Program-made: the position numbers and the translations under genes
Notes under the pieces: model-generated
Seen by the model: the letters and a program-made list of their open reading frames with translations, nothing else
What the model was told of the DNA's origin: nothing
Database searches by the model: none
Assembly (NCBI GenBank): GCA_003278045.1
Contig: QCHG01000003.1
Span: forward strand, 23,029 to 87,028
Length of the DNA: 64,000 nt
Direction: 5' to 3'
Source: Prochlorococcus sp. AG-402-A04
GTDB lineage: Bacteria; Cyanobacteriota; Cyanobacteriia; PCC-6307; Cyanobiaceae
Part shown: positions 37,317-47,468 of the stretch, piece after piece
How positions within the stretch are numbered: position 1 is the stretch's first letter
Layout: every line of letters begins with the position of its first letter

Positions 37317-38186
37317 CTAATTTTTTATTAATGGATAATTAAGAGATTCTCTTTCTTCTACCCATGATGATGCCACTTCTCTAGCTAATTTTCGAATTTT
37401 TTCTATATATTGCGCGCGATCTGTAACCGAAATTACACCTCTAGCATCAAGAAGATTAAATGTATGACTACATTTCAGAACAAAATCAAGGGCTGGATAA
37501 GTTAATTTCTTTTCGATTAGATTATTTGCCTCTGCTTGGTAAATTTCAAATAATTTTCTGAGATTATCAGCACAAGATTCAGTAAAATTATAAGAGCATT
37601 GACTTTTTTCAAATTGAAGCCAAATATCCCTATATTTCAAATCTTTGTTCCAATTTAAGTCCCAGATACTTTCCTTATCCTGCAAAAACATTGCAATCCT
37701 CTCAAGCCCATAAGTAATTTCAATTGGGATTGGATTACAATCTATCCCCCCACATTGCTGGAAATAAGTAAATTGAGTAACTTCCATGCCGTCCAACCAA
37801 ACTTCCCAACCTACACCCCAAGCTCCAAGTGTTGGAGACTCCCAATTATCTTCCACAAATCTTATGTCATGATTTTTAGGCTTAATTCCAAGCGATTCTA
37901 AAGATGTCAAATATTTTTCCTGAATTCCTTCCGGTGAAGGTTTAATAATTACCTGATATTGAAAGTAATGTTGTGCCCTATTTGGATTATCGCCAAAACG
38001 CCCATCTGTAGGTCTTCTACATGGCTCTGCATATGCCACACTCCAAGGTTCTGGCCCAATAGCCCTTAAAAAAGTGTGCGGATTCATTGTTCCAGCACCT
38101 TTTTCGGTATCGTATGGTTGCATAATCAAACAACCTTCTTCTGACCAAAAATTATTTAAATTTTGAATTATATCTTGAAAAAACAT
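37317..38186 (-). CDS. glyQ: glycine--tRNA ligase alpha subunit
   Basis: [27 protein letters not shown] and EITYGLER. Confidence 0.98.
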   Translation of the reverse strand: MFFQDIIQNLNNFWSEEGCLIMQPYDTEKGAGTMNPHTFLRAIGPEPWSVAYAEPCRRPTDGRFGDNPNRAQHYFQYQVIIKPSPEGIQEKYLTSLESLGIKPKNHDIRFVEDNWESPTLGAWGVGWEVWLDGMEVTQFTYFQQCGGIDCNPIPIEITYGLERIAMFLQDKESIWDLNWNKDLKYRDIWLQFEKSQCSYNFTESCADNLRKLFEIYQAEANNLIEKKLTYPALDFVLKCSHTFNLLDARGVISVTDRAQYIEKIRKLAREVASSWVEERESLNYPLIKN

Positions 38187-38342
38187 TTAATTAAAAAGGC
38201 GGAAAAATTTAGATCAATGCCACTAGACATAATAACAAAGCTTTAAAGTGAAAATTTTTTTAAAATCCAAGTTCTCAAAAATATCATCCGATAAAACGCT
38301 TTCATTAAATTAGATGCTTGATAAAAATAAATGAGGAATTAA

Positions 38343-38729
38343 TTATGTAAAAAAATCTAATGGCAATGGTCCAAAAGTATTAGATTCTTTAGCACCTTCA
38401 TCATACTGACATGTTATTAAAATTCCTTCTCCAAGACCATTTTCAGATCTTACAAAAACATTACTAGTTTTTTGATTAGCTTTTAAAAAAACACCTCCAT
38501 CAGCATGAAGAGAACCTAGATTCCCAAATTTAATTGAGGAATATTTCTTAGAAATTGATTGTAGTGCTGCAATAGCTTTATTATCACTAGGTGCCATTAT
38601 GCCTATTGTTATCCAATCGGCATTAAAAATATTTGCCTCTAATTCCTCTAAAAGTTTTTTTTCTTGCCTATTACTTAATTGAGGTGCAGTTCTAAGACTA
38701 TTTAAATCAATTAATTTATCTATTTCCAT
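38343..38729 (-). CDS. DUF1824-like hypothetical protein (track start 38780)
   Basis: LRTAP, WITIGIMAP, VFLKANQ and FGPLPLDFF. Confidence 0.75.
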   Translation of the reverse strand: MEIDKLIDLNSLRTAPQLSNRQEKKLLEELEANIFNADWITIGIMAPSDNKAIAALQSISKKYSSIKFGNLGSLHADGGVFLKANQKTSNVFVRSENGLGEGILITCQYDEGAKESNTFGPLPLDFFT

Positions 38730-38749
38730 TAGCTTTATATTAAAAATTC

Positions 38750-39082
38750 TTAACCAAATGTTCTTCCATTCCAAGCCCACAATGATGCTGGCACATCATC
38801 AAAAGAGATATAAATCCTATCTATTGGGATCCCCATTTTCTCATATACAAAATCTGATAATGGCTTTGCCATTTCTGAAGGATTTAGAGAGCCTATTGAT
38901 TTTATTTCTAAAAAGCAAGAAGGTGTCTCATCATCAAAATACATTTGGCAATTATCATCTATTTTAGCCATAACAAAACTTCTTGATTTATTAGTTAAAG
39001 ATGAAATAAGAATTGAAATTTCTTCGAGTATTTTACTTTTATCATTTACTTTTGCTGAAGTCGAAACATTAATATAAGGCAT
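38750..39082 (-). CDS. MIF-family tautomerase
   Basis: N-terminal Met-Pro, KSIG, DRIYI and WAWNGRTF. Confidence 0.9.
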   Translation of the reverse strand: MPYINVSTSAKVNDKSKILEEISILISSLTNKSRSFVMAKIDDNCQMYFDDETPSCFLEIKSIGSLNPSEMAKPLSDFVYEKMGIPIDRIYISFDDVPASLWAWNGRTFG

Positions 39083-39084
39083 CT

Positions 39085-39258
39085 CTATGCAGCTAGATAA
39101 TCTTTCTTAGAATTATTTTCTATATAAACAGTTTTATTTTTTAAATTTCTTTTTGAAGAAAGATATGCCATATCGTATGAACTTATTCCGTTTTTATAAG
39201 GGTTGAAAAGAGCATTTTTAGACCTATTTTTTTTGCTCCTTTTGAACTCAATCATCAT
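39085..39258 (-). CDS. small basic hypothetical protein (57 aa)
   Basis: Hand-translated: MMIEFKRSKKNRS...SSYDMAYLSSKRN...KDYLAA. The stop is 2 nt before the MIF start. Confidence 0.5.
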   Translation of the reverse strand: MMIEFKRSKKNRSKNALFNPYKNGISSYDMAYLSSKRNLKNKTVYIENNSKKDYLAA

Positions 39259-39407
39259 TGTTAAATCTTTAATTAATAATTTAACTTTTTTTGAATAGAT
39301 GTCTAGTTTTTTTGAGAATTTTTAATTTATTAAATTAAAAAAATTCCTAATACACAATTAGAATTTCTTTTTACTAGATTTGACATGCATAATCTAAACT
39401 AGTTGTT

Positions 39408-40046
39408 TTGGAAGTTTTAAATAATTATCAACGAAAAAAACCTGATGAGAGTAATGATGAAGAATTTTATTCTGATCCAAAATTTGTTTATCATCTTGAT
39501 GCAAACTTCAGGCAAAATCTATCAGATTTATATGAAAAAGAAATTAATAATTATTCAACCGTCCTTGATTTGATGTCCAGTTGGGATAGTTATTTACCAA
39601 AAGGGAAAAAATATAAAAAAGTTATTGGACATGGTTTAAACAAAAAAGAACTTGAAAAAAACAGAATTTTTGATTCTTTTTGGATACAAAATTTTAATTT
39701 AAGTCAACAAATTCCTCTAGATAGAGAAAGCGTCGATTATTGCTTGATGGTAGCCGCATGGCAATATTTACAATATCCAGAGAATTTAACCAAAGAGATT
39801 GCAAGAATATTGAGCAGAAATGGCAAGATTATTATTTCTTTTTCAAACAGAGCATTTTGGCATAAAGCTCCTAACATATGGACTTCATCTACTGAAGAAG
39901 AGAGGGTTAAATATGTAAGAAAAGTATTAATCTCAAATGGATTTAATGAGCCAAAAATTATCAGAAAGTTTACAGAGCCAGCACTTAATATCTTTAATTT
40001 TTTAAATAAAGACCCATTTTATTGTTTAATCGCAACCAAAGAGTAA
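39408..40046 (+). CDS. class I SAM-dependent methyltransferase
   Basis: VLDLMSSWDS, GHGLN, QYLQYP and SFSNR. Confidence 0.88.
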   Translation: MEVLNNYQRKKPDESNDEEFYSDPKFVYHLDANFRQNLSDLYEKEINNYSTVLDLMSSWDSYLPKGKKYKKVIGHGLNKKELEKNRIFDSFWIQNFNLSQQIPLDRESVDYCLMVAAWQYLQYPENLTKEIARILSRNGKIIISFSNRAFWHKAPNIWTSSTEEERVKYVRKVLISNGFNEPKIIRKFTEPALNIFNFLNKDPFYCLIATKE

Positions 40047-40155
40047 TTTTTTAATTGCATTGCGTTAAACAACAACTCCATAAAAAAGTTATAAACTATC
40101 TTTCATAGCCATACTTTTAAATTTTTACTAATATTGGGTAGTTAAAATTAATTAT

Positions 40156-40401
40156 ATGGGTTCTAAAAGAGAAAAATATCCTGAAAAATGTCCTTGGGAT
40201 CTTGGCCCTAATCAACATTTAGCAAAAGAAGAAAACTGGACTTTAAGATTAGGAGAAGCAAATGTATGCTTTAGCAAAAATAAATTAGATAGTAATTATT
40301 TTCATGTAATTAGTAATGAGAATGAAGAACAAATTTTAGCTTTTAGAGCAAGACTTTTATATCAAAAACTACTTGATAAAGGATTTAGATTGGTTGAATA
40401 A
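40156..40401 (+). CDS. hypothetical protein
   Basis: 81-aa ORF. Confidence 0.7.
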   Translation: MGSKREKYPEKCPWDLGPNQHLAKEENWTLRLGEANVCFSKNKLDSNYFHVISNENEEQILAFRARLLYQKLLDKGFRLVE

Positions 40402-40406
40402 AAAAA

Positions 40407-41060
40407 CTAATTTAATAAGCATATATCCTCGAAAACAAACTTTTGTGTTTCTTCTTCTTGATTTTGGTTTAAGTATTTTATTGTTCTCGAATTCAATATC
40501 CAATAATCGTCCCTACCTATATTAAGAAATTCATCCTCGTATTCCAATTTTTGAGAATTTGTCTCAAGTGTATCTGGATCAATTTGTCTACTACTATATT
40601 TTTTACTAAGGTAACCTGTTCCTGTATCAAAAAATTCTTCAACAAAAATTTCTATTATAGTTCCATGAATTTTACGATAGACCATATTAATACAGTTATT
40701 TTTAACTCTATATTTATCACCTTGATTCTTACCTGAAACACTCATTTCAATTCCTCTTTCAGAATTTTTAAGTAAATTAAAATTATTTTCTGAGTGCACT
40801 GATTCAAATTCTCTCTTTATCCTATGTATACTCACTTCAAATAACTGAGATGCAATACTTTTAACAACTTTCTCATCTTCTATTTTTTGAATATTTGGTT
40901 TAAAGTCTTTACCTAATACGAAGTTACCTTTATGAAGTTTATTATTAGTTAAGAAAATACATTTACCTTGGTAACCATGAAAATCATTTTTCCAGGTATA
41001 ACGATTTTCATAAGCCTTTTTGAAAATCTCCTTACAATTAATTTGTTGTAGATTCTCCAT
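40407..41060 (-). CDS. DUF3386-family protein
   Basis: FKKAYENRYTW and QLFEVSIHR. Confidence 0.85.
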   Translation of the reverse strand: MENLQQINCKEIFKKAYENRYTWKNDFHGYQGKCIFLTNNKLHKGNFVLGKDFKPNIQKIEDEKVVKSIASQLFEVSIHRIKREFESVHSENNFNLLKNSERGIEMSVSGKNQGDKYRVKNNCINMVYRKIHGTIIEIFVEEFFDTGTGYLSKKYSSRQIDPDTLETNSQKLEYEDEFLNIGRDDYWILNSRTIKYLNQNQEEETQKFVFEDICLLN

Positions 41061-41091
41061 TAATTTTTTTAAATACGTGAAATAATTCTAC

Positions 41092-41126
41092 AAAAAAAAA
41101 CCCTCCCTGCTAGAGGAGAGTTTTTT
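41092..41126 (-). terminator. terminator of pcb/isiA
   Basis: Imperfect hairpin flanked by A- and T-runs right after the stop. Confidence 0.6.
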
Positions 41127-41138
41127 GATTAAATTAAA

Positions 41139-42197
41139 CTAGTTTTGAGTAATTTTTGTATTTTCAATATTGTCAAAAGCTTGACCAATTTTCTTAAAGT
41201 CAAATCCCATTGCTCTTAATGCATGCCAAAGATGACCTTGTAAGAAAAAGAATCCCAAATAAAAATGAGTATTAGCAAGCCAAGCTCTTGAGCTGTATGC
41301 TCCTGAACCTAAATCAACCGTATCAGTAAAATAAGGTGCAAATTCAAATTGAAGCTTTAAAGGCTCTCCATATAGATCAACTGGATATATGGTTGTATTT
41401 GAAGCACACCAAAAAGCAGCAACAAAAGCCATATAAGAAACTCCAACTACTGAGTAAGACAAAATAGCCTCAGCTCCAAGTAAACCTTTTCCTTTAAATT
41501 CTGTATATTCTCCAAATTGTTTAGTACAAATATGGAAAACTCCTCCAATTATTTCAAGGAATGCTAAGAAAGCATGTCCACCCATTACATCTTCAAGACT
41601 ATCTATTTTCAAAAAATCAAATTGATGATTCCAAATAGCAGCAATATCCAAATTGTAAACGACTTGTCTTGTAGATCCGATCGCTGGGTCGTAAATCCCA
41701 TGAATACGAGCCCATTCCACGAACATTATTGCTCCAAGACCAAGAAATATCAGATGATGGCCAAGAATAAAAGTTAATTTATCTGGATCATCCCACTCGA
41801 AATCAAATTTTTGTGGCTTACTATTTTCCGGATAGTCTCCAAGATCGCCTGCAAATTTATTGGAATGTAATAATCCTCCGGCACCTAACACCGCTGAGAA
41901 AATTAGATGTAATGTGCAAATTACAACAATTCCGTATGGTTCTGTAATAACACCATTTTCAACGCCACCAATTCCTATACCCGCAAGGTGAGGCAAAACA
42001 ATTGCTTTCTGTGCACCCATTGGAATACTGGCGTCGTAACGAGCCAATTCGAATAATCCAAAAGCTCCTGCCCAAAACATCATTAATCCTGCATGGGCAG
42101 CATGAGCTGCTATGAATTTACCTGAACGGCCAACAACACCAGAATTCCCTGCGTACCAGTCATAGGTGACATCAGATTTTCCGTAAGTTTGTAACAC
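41139..42197 (-). CDS. pcb: chlorophyll a/b-binding antenna protein Pcb (IsiA-like, iron-stress type)
   Basis: QTYG..TYDWYAGN, FIAAHAAH, ILGHHL and GHLWHALRA. CP43 family lacking the large lumenal loop, and adjacent to flavodoxin. Confidence 0.93.
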   Translation of the reverse strand: MLQTYGKSDVTYDWYAGNSGVVGRSGKFIAAHAAHAGLMMFWAGAFGLFELARYDASIPMGAQKAIVLPHLAGIGIGGVENGVITEPYGIVVICTLHLIFSAVLGAGGLLHSNKFAGDLGDYPENSKPQKFDFEWDDPDKLTFILGHHLIFLGLGAIMFVEWARIHGIYDPAIGSTRQVVYNLDIAAIWNHQFDFLKIDSLEDVMGGHAFLAFLEIIGGVFHICTKQFGEYTEFKGKGLLGAEAILSYSVVGVSYMAFVAAFWCASNTTIYPVDLYGEPLKLQFEFAPYFTDTVDLGSGAYSSRAWLANTHFYLGFFFLQGHLWHALRAMGFDFKKIGQAFDNIENTKITQN

Positions 42198-42341
42198 TTG
42201 ATTTAAGTAAACAGCAAATTGAGCTTATTGCTATTCAGTATGTTTTTTTACATGTTCTTTACAGATTTAATTACTTATGTAAAAAAAACATATTTTGAAA
42301 GAACAAATGTTACAAATTTGGAAATTAATATCTTTGAAAGC

Positions 42342-42866
42342 TTACGCCAATGAAGGGATTTCGCCTTTAAGCTGAGAAGCCCATGTTTCAAGGCGTGAAT
42401 CAGTCAGATCAGACTCACTATCCTCATCGAGAGGTAATCCACAAAAGCTTTCTCCAATGACGCTTTTAGACTCATCAAATGTGTAAGAAGATTTATCTAC
42501 ATAACCGACCATTTCTGCGCCTGCTTTAGTGAAGTAGCTATGAAGTTCTTCCATGGCATCACAATAGTTTTCTGTATAGGTAGAAGAGTCTCCTAAACCA
42601 AAAATTGCAACTTTTTTACCTGATAAACTTAGTTCACCAATATCCTCCAAAATTGAATCCCACGCAGTTCCTGATCTTTCTTCATCTGCTCCGGTGTTCC
42701 AAGTAGGTATCCCACAGATAATTCCTTCAAGACTTTCTAATTCCGAAAGATCATCTACATCAGATACATCTTTAGGTGCTTCTGCAGAAGAAATAAAATT
42801 GTGAAGACGATCAGCTACGTCTTCAGTTTTTCCAGTTGTAGTTGCGTAATAAATTCCTACAGTCAT
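42342..42866 (-). CDS. fldA: flavodoxin (IsiB/FldA)
   Basis: ATTTGKT, PTWNTG, FGLGDS and GLPLDED. Confidence 0.96.
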   Translation of the reverse strand: MTVGIYYATTTGKTEDVADRLHNFISSAEAPKDVSDVDDLSELESLEGIICGIPTWNTGADEERSGTAWDSILEDIGELSLSGKKVAIFGLGDSSTYTENYCDAMEELHSYFTKAGAEMVGYVDKSSYTFDESKSVIGESFCGLPLDEDSESDLTDSRLETWASQLKGEIPSLA

Positions 42867-43008
42867 AACTTCAATATGTTTACCTTAAAATAATAAAATC
42901 TAAAAACATTAAATTAATTTCTTTAAAAACTTTTTCATGTAAAATTTTATACTAATTAAAGTAAGAAAAAATTTTTAAGAAAAACTTTATAAAATATTTC
43001 AAATTATC

Positions 43009-43743
43009 ATGACGGACAAACTTCAAAATGATATTAATAACCTTGTTGAAGAATTTAACTTTCGTGGCCAGAAAAAATACAAATTAATTGTTTTATTTGG
43101 TTTATTGGGTGATTTTGATAGCTTTGAATATGCAATAAATTTGAAAAGTTTTATTGATAAAAATCAAGATAATAATTTAGATATTTTTGCAATTGCTATT
43201 GGGAACCAAAATGGAAAAGAAAAATTCTGTAAATTTACTGGTTTTTACGAAGAAAATTTAATAGTTGTTTCTGATAATAAAATCCATAATAATCTACAAG
43301 TCTCAAGAGGATTAGATATTGGTTTAGGAGGTTGGATCAACATGCTTTTAATGCTATCAGGGATAAATTCTTTAAAAACAATTAAAGAAGTTATTAGAGG
43401 TTATACCGGAGACCGAAAAGCAAAGCAAATCTATTCAGAATTTGACAAAATTGATGTTTTAAAATTTCTTAAATTTTCAGGAAATTCTTTTAAAAAAGTT
43501 TTCGGAGATTGTTATTTGAGACCATTTGAATTAGCAACATTTAGATTAAACAATATGAATGAAATAATCCAAAATTGGAGTGATTATATTCTTAATGAAG
43601 AATACCTTCCTCAGAGAGGTGCTACCTTCTTGTTAAATAATCAAAATCAGGTTATCTATAAATTTTTTTCAAACGATGTTCTTGGATATTCATCAAACAT
43701 GAGAGATCCTTTGGGATTTTTATCTGATTTAATTAAAGAATAG
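43009..43743 (+). CDS. AhpC/TSA-like (peroxiredoxin-like) family protein
   Basis: LGDFDSFEYA, RPFELATFRL and QRGATF. Confidence 0.8.
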   Translation: MTDKLQNDINNLVEEFNFRGQKKYKLIVLFGLLGDFDSFEYAINLKSFIDKNQDNNLDIFAIAIGNQNGKEKFCKFTGFYEENLIVVSDNKIHNNLQVSRGLDIGLGGWINMLLMLSGINSLKTIKEVIRGYTGDRKAKQIYSEFDKIDVLKFLKFSGNSFKKVFGDCYLRPFELATFRLNNMNEIIQNWSDYILNEEYLPQRGATFLLNNQNQVIYKFFSNDVLGYSSNMRDPLGFLSDLIKE

Positions 43744-43760
43744 TTTTTAATATTATTTTT

Positions 43761-44018
43761 ATGTATGTAGATATATTCGGATATTTAGCAGCAATTTTAA
43801 CAACAGCGGCATTTCTACCTCAATTGATAAAAACTTTAAAAACAAAAAAAGCAGATGACGTTTCTTTGACAACATTAATTATGTTTATTATCGGTGTTTT
43901 TTCATGGATTATTTACGGTTACAAAATTTCATCTACACCAATATTGATAGCAAATTTAATTACCCTGATCTTAAATCTATTGATATTAATTTCTAAACTA
44001 TATTTTTCAAAAAATTAA
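43761..44018 (+). CDS. SemiSWEET / PQ-loop transporter
   Basis: TTAAFLPQ, DVS, WIIYG and ILIAN. Confidence 0.9.
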   Translation: MYVDIFGYLAAILTTAAFLPQLIKTLKTKKADDVSLTTLIMFIIGVFSWIIYGYKISSTPILIANLITLILNLLILISKLYFSKN

Positions 44019-44068
44019 AATAAGTAAAAAATTTTTTTATAGTAATAAATTTTAGATTTATTTAAATC

Positions 44069-44323
44069 TTGATTAAAATAAAAAAAAATTTGTTGATTTT
44101 GAAAACTTCAAAATGCTGGGTTTGGTTTAAAGGTAGCCTTAATAATGGTGGATATTGGAAAGAGGGATTTACTTGTACTTTTGATGAAAAACCAGGCGTT
44201 TTAATAGAAAGTCCTGCTTACGTAACTTGTCGTGTTCCTACATGGAGAGTTTTGACTAAAGAACCAGAAAATTTATATAAATCTCCTTTAATTCCTGACA
44301 ATGCAATTTGGAAAATTATTTAA
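44069..44323 (+). CDS. conserved hypothetical protein
   Basis: CWVWF...CRVPTWRV motif. Confidence 0.75.
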   Translation: MIKIKKNLLILKTSKCWVWFKGSLNNGGYWKEGFTCTFDEKPGVLIESPAYVTCRVPTWRVLTKEPENLYKSPLIPDNAIWKII

Positions 44324-44528
44324 ATTCTAAATGAATTAGAAAAAACTTTTTGACTGCGCTACGGCAAGTTAATATTGCTTTAATAGATATTTAATTAATA
44401 CCATCTACTCTCTTTTCATAAATATTATCCCTTTCTTAGTCCTTGGTTTTCTTTTCGGGAAAAAGAATCCAAAGATTTCAAAATATATTGCAAGACCTCT
44501 TATAAAATTTGGCATTCCATTAAGTGTT

Positions 44529-45323
44529 ATGGGTCTCTTATTAAAAGAAGGCATAGATATAAACCTAATTAAAAGTGCATTTTTAGCATTCTCTGTAATT
44601 GGATTTTTAATAACTTTAATAAATATAATTCCAATATTTAATAAGAGGCTTCCTAATTACACATTGCAGCTAGCAGGCCTAATAGGTAATACATCATTTC
44701 TTGGAATACCAATTGCGATAGCTCTTCTACCTTCAACAACTATAAATTTCACTATTGGCTTTGATTTAGGAACAACACTTTTCGCTTGGATATTTGGACC
44801 TTATTTTCTTCAAGGAAAATCCAAAAACAAGAATATCCCAAACATCAAAGGTCTATTTAATGCATTAATAAATAGTCCTGCATCAAGGGGAATTATTGGT
44901 GTACTTCTTGCCTATCTTTTCCAAATAGATGATATTTTAGGGAATTACCTTTGGATTCCTGCAAGAATAGTTATTGCTTTGGCAATAATAATTGTAGGGA
45001 CAAGACTGGGAATAATCACAAATCAAAAAGGAGGGGTTTTGGATCTAAATGAAGAAATTAAATTTTCAATTTTATTAAAGTTATTTATTCTTCCTTTTAT
45101 TATATTTTTAGTCTGCAAATCTTTAAATTTTAATTTCTATCAATCATCAGCTGTAATTCTTCAGGCAGGAACTCCAACAGCAATCTCAACAATACTAATG
45201 GCAGAGGCTTATGGCGTAAAAGAACAAATCGCTTCAAAAATTCTTTTTACAACAACTTTAATTTCAATAATTACAATACCTTTATTAAAAACATTTATGA
45301 GTTTTTTTATTCAAACAAATTAA
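44529..45323 (+). CDS. AEC-family (auxin efflux carrier) transporter; true start probably further upstream
   Basis: GNTSFLGIP, KLFILP and QAGTPTA; the frame is open upstream to about 44373. Confidence 0.88.
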   Translation: MGLLLKEGIDINLIKSAFLAFSVIGFLITLINIIPIFNKRLPNYTLQLAGLIGNTSFLGIPIAIALLPSTTINFTIGFDLGTTLFAWIFGPYFLQGKSKNKNIPNIKGLFNALINSPASRGIIGVLLAYLFQIDDILGNYLWIPARIVIALAIIIVGTRLGIITNQKGGVLDLNEEIKFSILLKLFILPFIIFLVCKSLNFNFYQSSAVILQAGTPTAISTILMAEAYGVKEQIASKILFTTTLISIITIPLLKTFMSFFIQTN

Positions 45324-45408
45324 ATAAGATCACGGTATAAAATGCATAATTAATGATTATTGTAAAGATTATATCCTGATAACATAATAATGTCTTAAGA
45401 TTTAGGTT

Positions 45409-45660
45409 ATGAAGTCAGCAAACCCTGAAAATGAATATATTCCTTTAGATCTTAGGATTTCTGTGAGGAGAGATACTCTACGGCTTATTTCAGAAATGGC
45501 TCAAGACATGGGAATAAGCATAAATGAAGTTTTTAGTTTTTTAGCCGAAGATTCTGTTATCGATCTTGAATTAATGGAAGATTTGAGTAACATCGATATC
45601 CCCAGCAAGTGCAGCCTTGATGATCTAAAAAAAGCTCTTCTTAAAAAAAGACTTTGTTAA
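45409..45660 (+). CDS. small ribbon-helix-helix-like hypothetical protein
   Basis: Pattern LRISVRRDTLRLISEMAQDMGISINEV. Confidence 0.6.
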   Translation: MKSANPENEYIPLDLRISVRRDTLRLISEMAQDMGISINEVFSFLAEDSVIDLELMEDLSNIDIPSKCSLDDLKKALLKKRLC

Positions 45661-47462
45661 AATCTTTCAACTTTTCTATTTTCCCAGTCAGATTTATAAC
45701 CACTATTCATTAGAAATTTCGAATACTTATTTAGATCATTTTTTTGAATTCGCACTAAATTATAAATCCCAAATTTCCCCAATTTTTGATGATTAATTTT
45801 TGACCATTGCTCTCTACCAATAGAGTATTCATCTATCACAACCAATAAAGATTTGAATTCATAATTGGGTTGATCCTCATAATTTTCTCTTCTATCAATT
45901 TTTAGCCTTTCTGAAAGATTAATTAATCCCTCTTCAGTGTTTGGTTCATAAAAAACTATTTGCCTCGAATAATAGTGTAATGAAGGTTTTCTTATCCCAA
46001 TCATTGCTAAAGTTTCCTTCCCTTCGCGAATATCTAAAATTAATTTTGAGATATTCCTTAATGGTAATTGTCTAGAAGTATCTGCTAATTTCCTTATTGG
46101 GGACATCAAAAAAGATTGTCCAATTAAAAGCAAAATTTGAAGATAAAGCAGGATATTTTTGGGCTTTAAAGAAAATAAAATTATTCCAAGAAGTGTAAAT
46201 GAAGAGAAGAATAATTTGGCTTTAAAAATTATCCCAGAGCTTATTAGTTCAGATGCAAGATTTGGCATTTCAGGATCATTTATTGAACTTAACCAACTAT
46301 TTGAGAAAAAGAATGCTAAGAAGATACCAAAAAAAATTAAAATATTAAAAATCGAGAAATATAGATAACCTTTAATCGATTTTTTTAAGTTTATAAGGCT
46401 ATTACTAATCAAGATTGCCGCTGCTGGAATTGCTGGCAACCAATAGCTTGGTAGTTTCGTAGCAGAGAGGCTAAAGAAAATTAAAACTGAGGTTAACCAA
46501 CATAGAGAATAGGTATAAAGAGTATCTGTAACATTGCAACTTTCTTTTGAACTTTTCAATAAATCCTTAAAGGCTTTGAATATCCCGTGACACAAAAAAG
46601 GAGTGAATGGTAATGAAGCCAATATCATTATGTAAAGAAAAAACCAGAATGGTTCGGCATGATTATTTACAACTGAGGTATATCTTTGAAAGTTATGGTA
46701 ACCAAAAAAGTTATCCCAAAAAGGCTTTCCCTCTTTTATGAGTTCTAAAATGTACCATGGAACACTTATAAGTATTGTTATTAAGAAACCTTTCTTAGGG
46801 TTTATCTTACACAGCAACGTTTTCCAATTCTTCTGACTAAACAAGAAAGATGTAATAGTCAATAATGCCAGAACAAATGCAACAGGTCCTTTAGTTAAAA
46901 TTGCAAAACCTAAAAATACCCAGGCTGAAATACATTGATGATTATTTTCACTTGCCATTCTTCTCCAAAACAAAAGAAGGCTAATCCCTAAGGTTCCAGT
47001 TAAAAGGGCATCACTCACGGCAGTTCTACTCCAAATAATTATTAATGGAGACAAAGCAAAGCCTAATGATGCAACTATTGGAGTGAAGAAGTGTCTATCA
47101 CTCTTCTGTGGCCAACAAAACAACGTATCTCCAATCATCAACATTAAGAATAATGATGCCAAAGCTGAAGGGAGTCTTGCTGAGAGAGTCCCGAAAGTAT
47201 CCCAAATCTCGTTTTTCGGTAATGAGTAAAAAAACCCCATTAGCCAATATATAAGCGGAGGCTTATCAAAACGAAATATTCCATTAACTTTTGGCGTTAA
47301 CCAATCACCTGATTCACTCATCCCCCTTGCTGCAGCGGCAAATAAAGGGGGGGTTTCATCTACCAATCCTGTAGTACCTAAACCTAAGATAAATATAATG
47401 ATCCCACAAACTAAAACTATCAATAAGGTTATGAGCCTTTTTTTTGAGTTAAGAAGAATCAT
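45657..47462 (-). CDS. ArnT/GT39-family glycosyltransferase
   Basis: DETPP, FDKPPL, LTKGPV and KLPSY. Confidence 0.92.
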   Translation of the reverse strand: MILLNSKKRLITLLIVLVCGIIIFILGLGTTGLVDETPPLFAAAARGMSESGDWLTPKVNGIFRFDKPPLIYWLMGFFYSLPKNEIWDTFGTLSARLPSALASLFLMLMIGDTLFCWPQKSDRHFFTPIVASLGFALSPLIIIWSRTAVSDALLTGTLGISLLLFWRRMASENNHQCISAWVFLGFAILTKGPVAFVLALLTITSFLFSQKNWKTLLCKINPKKGFLITILISVPWYILELIKEGKPFWDNFFGYHNFQRYTSVVNNHAEPFWFFLYIMILASLPFTPFLCHGIFKAFKDLLKSSKESCNVTDTLYTYSLCWLTSVLIFFSLSATKLPSYWLPAIPAAAILISNSLINLKKSIKGYLYFSIFNILIFFGIFLAFFFSNSWLSSINDPEMPNLASELISSGIIFKAKLFFSSFTLLGIILFSLKPKNILLYLQILLLIGQSFLMSPIRKLADTSRQLPLRNISKLILDIREGKETLAMIGIRKPSLHYYSRQIVFYEPNTEEGLINLSERLKIDRRENYEDQPNYEFKSLLVVIDEYSIGREQWSKINHQKLGKFGIYNLVRIQKNDLNKYSKFLMNSGYKSDWENRKVERF

Positions 47463-47468
47463 TTAAAA

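Noticed and set aside
37317-38186. glyQ without an adjacent glyS
   Set aside because: Unlinked glyQ and glyS is normal in cyanobacteria.
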